Below, in pieces: positions 52,394 to 63,233 of a stretch of DNA of 64,000 bases. Source of the stretch: Chiloscyllium plagiosum (taxonomy: Eukaryota). Location of the stretch: positions 38,874,887 through 38,938,886 of the forward strand of contig NC_057719.1 of NCBI RefSeq assembly GCF_004010195.1, given 5' to 3'. A model generated the notes under the pieces. That model saw only the letters and a program-made list of their open reading frames with translations. It searched no databases and had not been told where the DNA came from. Made by a program: the position numbers and the translations under genes. Every line of letters begins with the position of its first letter. The stretch's first letter is position 1.

Positions 52394-53697
52394 TTGGGAG
52401 CCTCCTGTGAAGCGCTTTTGTGATGTTTCCTCTGGCATTTATAGTGGTTTGTCTCTGCCGCTTCTGGTTGTCAGTTCCAGCTGTCCGTTGCAGTGGTGTC
52501 GTTTCATGGCTAGTTGGTGTTCATGGATGCAGATCGTTAGCTGTCTTCCTGTTTGTCCTATGAAGTGTTTTGTGCAGTTCTTGCATGGGATTTTGTACAC
52601 TACATTGGTTTTGCTCATGCTGGGTATCGGGTCCTTCATTCTGGTGAGTTGTTGTCTGAGAGTGGCTGTTGGTTTGTGTGCTGTTATGAGTCCTAGTGGT
52701 CGCAGTAGTTGGCTGTCAGTTCGGAAATGCTCTTGATGTATGATAGTGTGGCTGGTTGTGTCGTTTTGTGGCTAGTTGGTGTCCCTTAGGCATCTCACAG
52801 GATGCCACACTCACAGGAATCTGATTCACTAGAGAGGAAGAAAAGGACAACTAACTCCCATTCCTTGAAATGATGGTACAGAAAATACCTAACGGAGAAT
52901 TCACCACAAAGATATACAGGAAAGCCACACACACAGACCAAGTCCTGAACTACGAAAGCAACCACCCCAACACACACAAAAGAAGTTGTATCAAGACACT
53001 GTTCAAAAGGGCCACAACACACTGCATTACACCAGAACTGCAAAAAGAGGAAGAGGAACACCTGTACAATGTATTTGCCAAAAACGGATACCACCGCAAT
53101 TTCATCAACAGATGCCTAAGGGAAAGACAACGGAACGAGGACATGCTGCAACCCAAAGGACTAGCCACACTACCATACATCAAGAGCATTTCCGCACTGA
53201 CAGTCAACTACTGCGACCACTAGGACTCATAACAGCGCACAAACCAACAGCCACTCTCAGACAACAACTCACCAGAACGAAGGACCCGATACCCAGCATG
53301 AGCAAAACCAATGTAGTGTACAAAATACCATGCAAGGACTGCACAAAACACTTCATAGGACAAACAGGAAGACAGCTAACGATCCGCATCCATGAACACC
53401 AACGAGCCACGAAACGACACGACCAGCTATCCTTAGTAGCCACAAACGCAGATGACAAGCAACATGAGTTCGACTGGGACAACACTACTATTATATGACA
53501 AGCCGAACAGAGAACAGCCAGGGAATTCCTAGAGTCATGGCACTCATCCACAGATTCAATCAATAAGCACATCGACCTGGACCCAATACACCGACCACTG
53601 CAGCGGACAGCTGGAACTGACAACCAGAAGCAGCAGAGACAAACCACTATAAATGCCGGAGGAAACATCATAGAAGCGCTTCACAGGAGGCTCCCAA

Positions 53698-53737
53698 GCA
53701 CTGAGGATGTCACCTAGACAGGGGATGAAACGTCTGC
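53698..53737 (+). ncRNA. Minimal type I hammerhead ribozyme motif
   Basis: GCA-CTGAGGA-T-GTCACCT-AGAC-AGGGGAT-GAAA-C-GTC-TGC. Confidence 0.78.
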
Positions 53738-54426
53738 AACAGAAATTCCCAGCTCGGCGCACAGAACCACAACAACCAGTGCAGACATTAGGTCTAATGG
53801 TCTTTTTCTGCACCTTAACATTTCTGTGATTCTAGGTGTGATTGGGAGTGCTGGGCATAAAGTTATTGTTCCCTGACAGCAAGGGGAAAATCTTGACAAT
53901 AAGTTTGCAAAAACACAGGCTAGGAAGGCTAAAACGGAAAGGGAGTATTTACCTTTCGGTCAAATATTGCTACCATCATGTATAGGCTGCTCATTGCCAA
54001 GCTGCTGTAGACAGAGCAAGGGCCCAAAAATTATTTTAAAACTCATGCCTTTACTAAAAGGGAAAAAAAGGCAAATTTTAGAGATTTGAGAAAAGAGACT
54101 AATAAAAGAAGAAAGTTAAAAGAATTTTAGTACGTCAGAAGATTGAGAAACATAATTTGAACTATGCTTTTGGTGGGAAGAATCATTACAGTTGTATCTA
54201 TTTTAAAAATTGTGGAAAGGGACATGCTTCGTGCTTTGTACTGTGACAGGCATAAAAACATCTATTTTACTCAGGATTGTGGAATCCTCAATTCTGATTG
54301 CAGAAGTTAAAGGGATGTTCCTGAAGGTAGGAAACAATAGTGAAGGGAAGAAAACCCAGTAAAGCAATACAGAGATACAGTATCGCTATTCAGCACAATT
54401 CAAACTTAAACAAAGCAACATAATAA

Positions 54427-55062
54427 TCTAATGGACTAAGCCAGACCACTCAAAACATTCTTAAGCAGGCAACTCAGGCCATAACTTTGCAATTTGTTTT
54501 GGTAAGCATACAGTGAAAATTACCCATGTTAAGATAGCTAGGTTGACGACTAGATTTTAAAACAGACAATAATTTATTTACAAAAATACATAATGCTACA
54601 CAAAGAACAGAATAATGAACCCCTACAGAACTCAGTCTATTCAAAATAGAATTAATTATGCCATTCTGAATATACACAACAGTCCCAATAATGGAACTCT
54701 CTTTAAAAACCAGTATAAATGGAACACATGCTGACAGGTTGAAGTTGAAGGGCAGAAAAGAGAGAGAGAGTTTCTGCACAGTTCCCTGTTGAACCTCCAA
54801 CCAATTCAAGACTGAACTAAAACTGCTCAGCACAGCTCAGCTCAACTAGAGAGCTGACCACTCACCTTTCTTTATACAGGTCACTTCTAAAACATGACCA
54901 CTTTGGCCTGAAATCTCATCTGTTTACATATAAACAAAGGGCATTTCAAAATTCTTTTCATCTCTGTACCAAACCAGACCCCTCTGAAAAAAATCAAAGA
55001 CAGAGTCTCCTTGGGCCAAGGAACAGCTTTTAGTGAAAAAAAAAGAGACTAGCTCTGTGATA
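54427..55062 (-). mobile_element. Probable solo LTR
   Basis: Decayed TG..CA-like termini (TCTAATGG...GTGATA), 4-bp flanks ATAA/ATAC, and TATA-like and AATAAA signals on the minus strand. Confidence 0.45.
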
Positions 55063-55179
55063 ATACGGGTCACTTAATGTTCAGCATTACTCAAAGAATT
55101 TCATACAGTATTGCCTTGATGCAAAACTTTACAGCTGGTAGACAAAGAAAACACTGCATGATCGCTATAATCATTCACC

Positions 55180-56220
55180 TTATATTTTAATGATCTGGTT
55201 GAAGGGACTGGGGGCATTCTGGTGAAGTTCGCCGGTGATACAAAGTTAGGTGGACAGGCAGGTAGTACTGATGAGGTGGGGAGGCTGCAGAAAGATTTAG
55301 ACAGTTTAGGAGAGTGGTCCAGGAAATGGCTGATTAGATTAGATTACATTACATTACTTACAGTGTGGAAACAGGCCCTTCGGTCCAACAAGTCCACACC
55401 GCCCCGCCAAAGCGTAACCCACCCATACCCCTACATTTACCCCTTACCTAACACTACGGGCAATTTAGCATGGCCAATTCACCTGACCTGCACATCTTTT
55501 GGACTGTGGGAGGAAACCGGAGCACCCGGAGGAAACCCACGCAGACACGGGGAGAACGTGCAAACTCCACACAGTCAGTCGCCTGAGGCGGCTGATGAAA
55601 TTCAACGTGAACAAGTGTGAGGTCTTGCACTTTGGAAAAATGAAAACAGACATGGACTATTTTCTAAATGGTGAGAAAATTCATAAAGCCAAAGTGCAAA
55701 GGGATCTGGGAGTGCTAGTCCAGGATTCTCCAAAGGTTGATTTGCAGGTTAAGTCTGTGATTAAGAAAGCAAATGTAATGTTGTCATTTATCTCAAGAGG
55801 GTTGGAATATAAAAGCAGCGACATGCTTCTGAGACTTTATAAAGCTCTCGTTAGTCCCCATTTAGAATACTGTGTCCAATTGTGGGCCCCACACCTCAGA
55901 AAGGACATACTGGCACTAGACTATGTCCAGAGGAGATGCACACTGATGATCCCTGGAATGGTAGGCCTAACATATGATGAACGGCTGAGGATCCTGGGAT
56001 TGTATTCATTGGAGTTTAGAAGGTTTAGAGGAGATCTAATAGAAACTTACAAGATAATGCATGAGTTAGAAAGGGTGGATGCTGGGAAGTTGTTTCCGTT
56101 AGGCGGGGAGACTAGGACCTGTGGGCATAGCCTTAAAATTGGAGGGGGTCAATTTAGAATGGAAATGAGGATGCATTTCTTCAGCCAGAGAGTGGTGGGC
56201 CTGTGGAATTCATTGCCACG
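55180..56220 (+). mobile_element. CR1 LINE RT-to-C-terminus fragment
   Basis: 'KFAGDTKLGG', 'KCEVLHFG', 'HLEYCVQLWAP', 'FFSQRVVGLWNSLP'. Confidence 0.93.
55335..55589 (-). mobile_element. HE1-type V-SINE nested in CR1
   Basis: V-domain and tail; 7-bp TSD GGCTGAT (55328-55334 and 55590-55596). Confidence 0.92.
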
Positions 56221-56390
56221 GGTAAGTGGAGCCTCCACCCCGGAGACTCCTTGCCTCATTCCTGATGAAGGGCTTTTGCCCGAAACGTTGATTTTCCTGC
56301 TCCTCAGATGGTGCCTGACCTACTGTGCTTTTCAAGCATCACTCTAATCTTGACTCTGATCTCCAGCATCTGCAGTCTTCACTTTCGTCT
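56221..56390 (+). mobile_element. Short hammerhead-bearing PLE-derived element
   Basis: Same body and tail as the 17.6, 43.1 and 62.9 kb copies. Confidence 0.85.
56259..56291 (+). ncRNA. Minimal type I hammerhead ribozyme motif (intact core)
   Basis: TTC-CTGATGA-A-GGGC-TTTT-GCCC-GAAA-C-GTT-GA. Confidence 0.75.
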
Positions 56391-56399
56391 ACATTGCTG

Positions 56400-56745
56400 G
56401 AGTGGGCACACATGGTAGTGGATGAAGTTCGGTATTGAGAAATGTGATGCATTTTGGTAAAAAGAGCATTTTGGAGACACACTGAAAATAAAGGGTACTA
56501 TCATAAAGATGGGCAGAGGTTGACAGAGCTGGATGTACATGTTAATAAGTCTTTATATGTGGAAGGACAGATAGAGAGAGTTGATAGAGACAGCTGTTAA
56601 TAAAGCAATTGGTATTCTTGATTTAAAGTTAGGAGCATAGAGCAAGCATAGGGAGATTATGGTGAATGCATAGAGGACATTCATTAGCCCTTAACTGGAG
56701 TATTGTGTATAGTTCTGGATGCGACATTATGAGAAGGATGTGGAA
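56400..56745 (+). mobile_element. Degraded CR1 fragment
   Basis: 'CDAFW/HFG'-like segment and 'LEYCV*FW' motif. Confidence 0.7.
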
Positions 56746-56749
56746 GAAG

Positions 56750-57200
56750 TGTGAAATTGCCTCAAAGTCTAATGCTAAGTTTAAAGATGAACAAGTTAAT
56801 ATACTATTGCTTTCAGTAACATTTATAATGGATTATGTATAAATTACCACAATATAAAAGGCACAGATACTGTTCGTGAAGTTTTGAAGGTTTTTGAGAA
56901 TTACTTCAAACTGAGAACAAAAACAATTCTTAAAAGGGCAAGACTTTACAGAGGACTCCAGCATCGAGGGAACCCATGGATGTTTTCATTAATAACCTAT
57001 ATGCATTAGTGGAAAAGTATTATTCTAAAGCATTGAAATCAGAATTCTTAAAAGACAAGCTTATTGTTGGAATTGTTTCGGGTTTTTGACGGATTGTTAC
57101 AGTTCATGGCAGATTTAACTTCAGAGAAAGCTATCCAAATCATGCGCGACACAGAAATCAGGAAGACGCACGGAGTTTTTGAGAGATAAAGAATTGCAAC
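56750..57200 (+). pseudogene. Degenerate Ty3/Gypsy gag
   Basis: 'EQVNILL', 'VLKVFENYFKLRTKTILKRARL', 'EPMDVFINNLYALVEKY..ALKSEFLKDKLIVGI', 'ADLTSEKAIQIMRDTE'. Confidence 0.75.
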
Positions 57201-57394
57201 AAAAGTATGGAAACTCTGAAGATACATAGGTCAGCCAATAAAGAGAGCAAGCCAAACAGCAGATATGAAGAGCTAAATTTTCCTAGCCATTCAATAATGC
57301 AGTCATTGTCAAAAAAGTTGAAAAATTCAATTAAAATTTACAGTAAGGAGGTTCCCGAGAGTGAGAGCAAAATTTCAAACAATGAGAGATGATC

Positions 57395-57767
57395 TCCTGA
57401 AATTTACAGCATACTAAAAAAGGGAGATAGGGTAGATACAGGTAAGATGTTTCCCCTGGTTGGGAGCCTAGATCCAGAAGATATAATTTAAAAATAAGGA
57501 GAATGCCACTTATGTCTGTAATGAGGAGACATTCTTTTACTGAGAGAGATGTAAACCTTTAGAATTCTTCACCACAGAGAGCTGTGGATACTCAGTCTTT
57601 CATTATGTTTAAGGTGGAGATTGATAGATTTCTGACTACCAGTGGCATATGGTAATGAGGATGGGGTGAGTAAAAGGCATCAAAGTAATCAATCAGCCAT
57701 GTTCATATTGAATGTTGGGGCAAGCTCAATGAGCTGAATGGTCTACTCCTGTACCTATGTTCCTATA
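57395..57767 (+). mobile_element. Degraded CR1 3' end
   Basis: 'FKVEIDRFL' and a 3' UTR ending CCTATGTTCCTAT. Confidence 0.8.
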
Positions 57768-59068
57768 TTTTGGCATGACATGTGACAATCTGCAATACTA
57801 GTTCAGTAACATTAGTACTAAGTGACCATTACTCAAATGTAAGATTCTGAAGGGAAGTTGTAATATGGACCATGACAAGCTATATAATAACCTATTCTTG
57901 CCACCATTATGTTTTAACATGCACTTATAGTGGGAAAGTCATGATCATTGTATCAATGATATCTGCTTCAATCAGTAACTGCACATCACAATTACAAAAC
58001 AAACTTCTAAATAAGGTTTTTACTGCTCTCTGTTCTAAGTTCCATCTTCATTCTAGATATTCTAGACCAATCGGTTCCTATCTCATTTTTTCATAATTGT
58101 ATTTTGCTCTAATTAGCAGCAACTCCAATTTTGCAACTATCTCTTTACATTTCCTCATATTTGTCAATGTTCCAGTGAATCTGAACTCCACCTTCTTGAC
58201 TGCCACAATGTAACTCTTGTAGAGTGTTCAGAACTGCACAAAGTTCCATAATTGTGGTTTTATCAAATATTTTACATAGGTTCACTATTACATGTCAATT
58301 TTATATGCTATGCCTCTAGTCTAAAATCCAATATTCTATTTGTTATTTTTTGTTCTAATCCAATAGAGGTGACAGAAATCTACCTTACCCCTCAACCCAT
58401 CAAATTGTTTTGTTCCAAAACAGACTCAAAACGTCAATCTAGGTTCAAGAACACTAATGGCATGCACACCTAAAACAGAATCTCATCCACCTTGCTGTCT
58501 CAGAAGGTGAGTTAATGATTCAAAATCATTGTTACTCATTCCTGTGCCGAGCCTACAGCTTAATTATAGATGTGAATACGTTTCACCTAATTAAAGAGTT
58601 AGAAACATTTTTGAAAAGTAGTTGAACATCAACTAATTATATATTTTCTACATGATATTATATTAAAATAAGGCAGAGGTTAAGAACATACTTGAGTTTT
58701 CAGCGAATTCTGAATGGAAACCTAATAAGATATAATGCATTTTTCTTCCTGAAATTTAAAACTATAAAAGCACATCTGCATCATGAACACACTAGCTGTG
58801 GTGACCAGTTTTGGAACAATTCCACTACAATTTCCTTTCCAACAGGGAGCACAGTTAGTGTTTACTTTATCAAGTTAATTATTTTACTTTTTACCTTACG
58901 TGCTGTTTAATGCTTGCCTTTCCTCCCACCGAGCACTGCTGAAACAAACAAAACAATACAGAGACTATCTGGCTGCTGCACTGTACATAATATACAGGTT
59001 TTATTTCCTATCACAATGTTATTTTAAAGAATCTCATCCGCATGTAAAAGTGATCTACAAAGTGAACA

Positions 59069-60377
59069 AAGTAGTCAGGCAGCGGGCTGGAAGAACACAG
59101 CAAGCCAGGCAGCATCAGGAGGTGAAGAAATCAACGTTTCAGGTTCTTCAGGATTGGGGGTGGGTGTAAGGGGAGCTGCAGATAAAGGGGATGATGGGGA
59201 CTGGGCGGTGAAGTGGGGATAGGTGAAGGCTAGCAGAAGGTGCGGCCTGGTTGGTCAATGGAAGGAATGAATCCGATAGGTGGCTGGGAGGGGTGAAAGG
59301 AAGGGGGAGGGGCTGTAAAGGGAGTTGGGGATGGGAAGAGAGGTTATTTGAAATTGAAGAACTCAATGTTGAGTAGTCAGGCTGTAGGCTGCCCAGGCAG
59401 AAGATGAGGTGTTGCTCCTCCAATTTGCGGTTTGGTTTGTTGTGGCAATGGAGGAGGCCAAGGATGGTCATGTCGGAAAGGGAGTGGGAAGGGGAATTAA
59501 AATGGGCAGTGCTCATATGCTCGGATGAGGAGATATTCCACTCCCAAGCATCCCAGATGTACACCTATTTTGAACAACATGCTGTTCCTCCTTTTATCAT
59601 CCAGACAGCCCTCAACCCAACCACTTCCATTCCCTGTTCCACTGCTCTAAATCCCTCCCCCTCCAAGTGCAACAAAGACAGAGTCTCCCTTGTCTTCATC
59701 TACTACCTCACCAGTCTCAGCATCCAATGCATCATCCTTAAACATTTCCTCCAACTCCAACCTGACCCCACCACCAAGAATATCAACTCATCCCCTCCCC
59801 ACCCCTCTCTGCCTTCCATAAGGACCATTCCTTTTGACATTCCTTGGTTTGCACCACTCTCCTCACCAACCCGCCCACCCCCCGAACCCCCAGGTACCTT
59901 CCCCACAACTGGAAAAGATGCAAAACCTGCCAGTTCACCACCCCCCTCACCTCCAGCCAGGGTCCCAAACATTCCATCCAGGTGTGACAGAGGTTCACCT
60001 GCCTCTTTTCCAGCCTAGTTTACTGCATCAAGTGCTTCTGATGTGATCTTCCTTACATCAGGGAAACGGAATGTAAACTTAGGGAACTCACCAACCATCT
60101 CAGCCAGGCCCATAGGGGCCGACCAGACCTCCCAGTCACTACCCATTTTAGTTCCCAACAAGGTCGTACCCTCTGTCTGTCTTCATCTATCCCCTTCACC
60201 ACCCTGCCCCCATCACCTCTCTTATCTGCAGCTCACCCTGCATCTACCCCTAGACCTAAGAAGGATTACACCCAAAACATTGACTTCTCCACCTCCTGAT
60301 GCTGCCTGGATTGCTGTGTTCTTCCAGCCTCCCGCCTGTCGACTTTGGTTTCCAGCATCTGCAGATGTTGTGTCCCT
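59069..60377. mobile_element. Neptune-type Penelope-like element, truncated, with inverted 3' end
   Basis: Plus strand: 'LICSDEEIF...DRVSLVFIYY', Cys-linker 'PGTFP..KRCKTC' and 'LVYCIKC..YIRET'. Minus strand: 'HFNSPSHSLSDMTILGL...RKLEEQHLIF.LGSLQP'. 13-bp TSD TACAAA(G/A)TGAACA (59056-59068 and 60378-60390). Confidence 0.88.
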
Positions 60378-61844
60378 TACAAAATGAACAGGCTGACTTT
60401 AAAAACATTGAAATACATCAATCATGATGTCATTTTAAACATCCGCATTGCTTGTAAAAATGATTCATAAAGATAACAGACTGATAATATTGAAATTAAT
60501 CATCAAGATATTTTCAGAAAATAATTTGTTCAGGTCACTGGCTCTTTCCCTTCCAGAAATAGAGCATTTTAAAAATCATTGTTCTTTGTTCTTTGTATTG
60601 AAATACCCATTTAAATAACATACTTTTGTGTTTACAATATACTTCTGACATCCAGTGTAACAGAACTGATAAAAATAAAGGAAGGAGAAACAAAAAAGGG
60701 TAAGAATGTCCCTGTTTGCTATCTATACAAAAATCAAAAATGTGTGCATGAAGAACAAATTTTTTCTCTCATCCCAAAAGATGGATGATTCTGGAATCCT
60801 ATGTTATGAGAACAGTGCATTGGAGACAGAGACAATGAATTCTCTATTCTCTTCATATTATGCTAGTTCCTTGCAGTTTAAATGAAGAACACTTTTTCAG
60901 GAGACTCATTTCATAAAGGTACATGAAAGATAAAGACGCTGATCTGTTTACTTTTCTCTTTTCACTGCCATGAAATATCTGATAAAGTACAAAATAAAAA
61001 TGCACAGCAAAAATAAAGCTCAGTCCACAGAGGCTTCAAATAGTTAAATGTGTTCCTTACAGAACGTCATGTAGTAATTACAAGGTTTGTACTTTCTGAC
61101 ACCATGCACTAACCAATAAATTGGACTAATAAAAGATATAATTATCTTCGAATTGCAGGAGACAGCAACATTGACTGTGACTGCATAGCTTACTTCTGTC
61201 TAATTTTGTACCAAAATATTGAAATAAAAATAAATATATATTTTAAACAATTGTTAGCACAACCAGAAAATTAAAAATTACTTATTAGGTGGAAAGATTA
61301 TAGCTTAAACTACACTTGCTGTCAAACAAATACCGAAGAAGTTAGCAATACCACTGTTACATGAAACAAACACAAATGCTGGCACTTTCATCTATTCATC
61401 TCATCTGAAACACATTCGATAGCAAAATTCACTAATAAGGATAAATGACATGACATACTGTAATTGAACTGTTTAATGAAAATCCAACTAATTCTGTAGC
61501 ATATTTTCCCATCAGTAAAAATAAAACAAAGCTGCTGTCAGTTGGCCAACATCTGCTTGTTTCCAGCTGTGACATTGTGTTGAGTTGTATATAGTAGCAC
61601 AATACTCTGTCAAAAAGAGGAGGGGGGAGGAACTGCAAGATTTCAGAACAACTTAAATCAAGTGTCTGTCAGATGGTTGTACAGCAATTTATGGTGTGTG
61701 ACTGCACATTCATTTCATTTAATTATGTTTTTAAAACGGCTCATGGGAAGGACCAAATCTCAGGGAATAAATCTAAGAAATAGGGTAGAATTATCAATGA
61801 AAATGTTATAAGAAGGTTATTATTGTTGTATGGGGAGACAACAG

Positions 61845-62182
61845 CCAAGTGATACTATGACTAGATTACTAATCCAGAAACTCAACTAATGTTCTAGGAC
61901 CTGACTTCAAATCCTGCCATGGCAGATGGGGAATTTGAACTCAATAATTAAAAATCTGAAATCAAGAATCTACTGATGACTATGAAAACATTGCCAATTG
62001 TCAGGAAAAACCATCTGGTTCACTAATGTCCTTCAGGGAAGGACATCTGCCATCCACACCTGGTCTGGCCCATATGTAACTCCAGACCCACAGCAATGTG
62101 CTTGACTCTCACTGCCATCTGAAATGGCTGAGCCAGTTACTCAATTCAAAGGCAGCTAGGGATGGGCAATAAATGCTATCCC
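61845..62182 (+). mobile_element. DeuSINE/SacSINE1-like SINE
   Basis: B-box-like CTTCAAATCC, core CTGGTTCACTAATGTCCTTCAGGGAAGG...ACTCCAGACCCACAGCAATGTG, and tail GGGATGGGCAATAAATGCT. Confidence 0.75.
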
Positions 62183-62412
62183 TAGTGGATAAGAAAGAAA
62201 ATCTTATTTCAAATGTTTATAAACTAATTCAGTTGATCTGATCTCAGTGTTGCGATGGAAATGGGTTACAACCAAGACCTTCTGACCAGTGCTCTCTGAC
62301 TGTGGTGTCTACTATAAAGGTGCGCTAGCTGAAATTATCCTTGTTTATCAGTCATCCAACATTTTAAAATTACAGATTGATACTAATATTTTTTGTGTGG
62401 GGTCTCTCATAA

Positions 62413-62865
62413 CATGGCAGAATCTTCACCACTGTCAATATCTTATATTATATTGTGTGGCAAAACCATCTAATTCTGAATCAATTCTGTATCATAGAAA
62501 ATGTCTCTATTATACTGTACAGCTCAATTCCATGTCTGAAGAATTTGATTTTAAATCTTCTTGGAGGTGTAATCTCTTTCTCCATTGTCATTTTATTTAA
62601 CTGCTGTTGTTTCACATATTTAAATTATTTATTTGAAAGTTTTGCAGACATTTTATTGGAGATGTAGCTGGCTTTACTGTTCAGTGTCTTCTTCAGCAAG
62701 TTTTAAAAGTAATAATACCAGTAGGCCACCACCTTCTCTTGAATTATGCTCCTGTTTGTATAGAAGAGATTATTTCCAAGTGTTTAAAGATCATTGATTC
62801 AGAATTAGATGGTTTTGCCACACAATATAATATAAGATATTGACAGTGGTGAAGATTCTGCCATG
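62413..62865. repeat. Perfect 73-bp inverted repeat with a 307-bp spacer
   Basis: 62413-62485 is the exact reverse complement of 62793-62865. Confidence 0.95.
62486..62715 (-). pseudogene. Gypsy 5' UTR/gag start remnant
   Basis: Minus strand 'MEKEITPPRRF...RHFL*YRI'. Aligns to 34655-34900 (AAAACTTGCT.AAGAAGAC, ACACTGAACAGTAAA, CCTCCAAGAAGATTTAAAA). Confidence 0.6.
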
Positions 62866-62996
62866 ATTCCTGAAGAAGGGCTTATGCCCAAAACGTCGAT
62901 TCTCCTGCTCCTCTGATGCTGCCTGGCCTGCTGCGCTTTTCCAGCACCACACTTTTCAACTCTAGTCTCCAGCATCTGCAGTCCTCAATTTCTCCC
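62866..62996 (+). mobile_element. 131-bp monomeric hammerhead-headed PLE-derived element (G12 mutated)
   Basis: ATTC-CTGAAGA-A-GGGC-TTAT-GCCC-AAAAC-GTC followed by the family body and tail. Confidence 0.85.
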
Positions 62997-62998
62997 AT

Positions 62999-63224
62999 TG
63001 TAATAAGTTCAGCCAGGTGGATATCATGGAATATAAATTCCCTGATTGGGACTGTTAACCTGGTCAAATCAGGGAGCCTTGGCTGACAAAGATAAACAGG
63101 AATGTCAGAGGTTCTGTTCACTCTGATAGGTTGCTCTGAGGAAGCCAAACCATTGCAAGGACTTTCCATGAGTAAATAAAAGGTGACTTTGTGATGGGAT
63201 GCCAGCCTCTGTGGAGTTATTTCA
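62999..63224 (+). mobile_element. Probable short solo LTR
   Basis: TGTAATAA...TTATTTCA inverted termini, TATA-like ATAAA, and AATAAA at about 63175. Confidence 0.6.
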
Positions 63225-63233
63225 ATCACCATA

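Larger units (their letters stand above)
52285..53773. mobile_element. Penelope-like element (Penelope/Poseidon type) with RT C-terminus, GIY-YIG and inverted 3' end
   Basis: 'LPFLEM...IYRKATHTDQVLNYESNHP..HKRSCIKTLFKRA' and 'VVYKIPCKDCTKHFIGQTGR'; inverted arm 52285-52795; 13-bp TSD AAC(G/C)AGTGCAGAC (52272-52284 and 53774-53786). Confidence 0.94.

Noticed and set aside
55499..56347. 282-aa ORF
   Set aside because: A chance fusion of SINE, CR1 RT and hammerhead-element sequence, not a host gene.
62645..62843. Stop-free plus-strand frame of about 65 codons ('HFIGDVAGF...')
   Set aside because: It is antisense to a Gypsy 5' UTR remnant and overlaps the inverted repeat; no recognisable protein.
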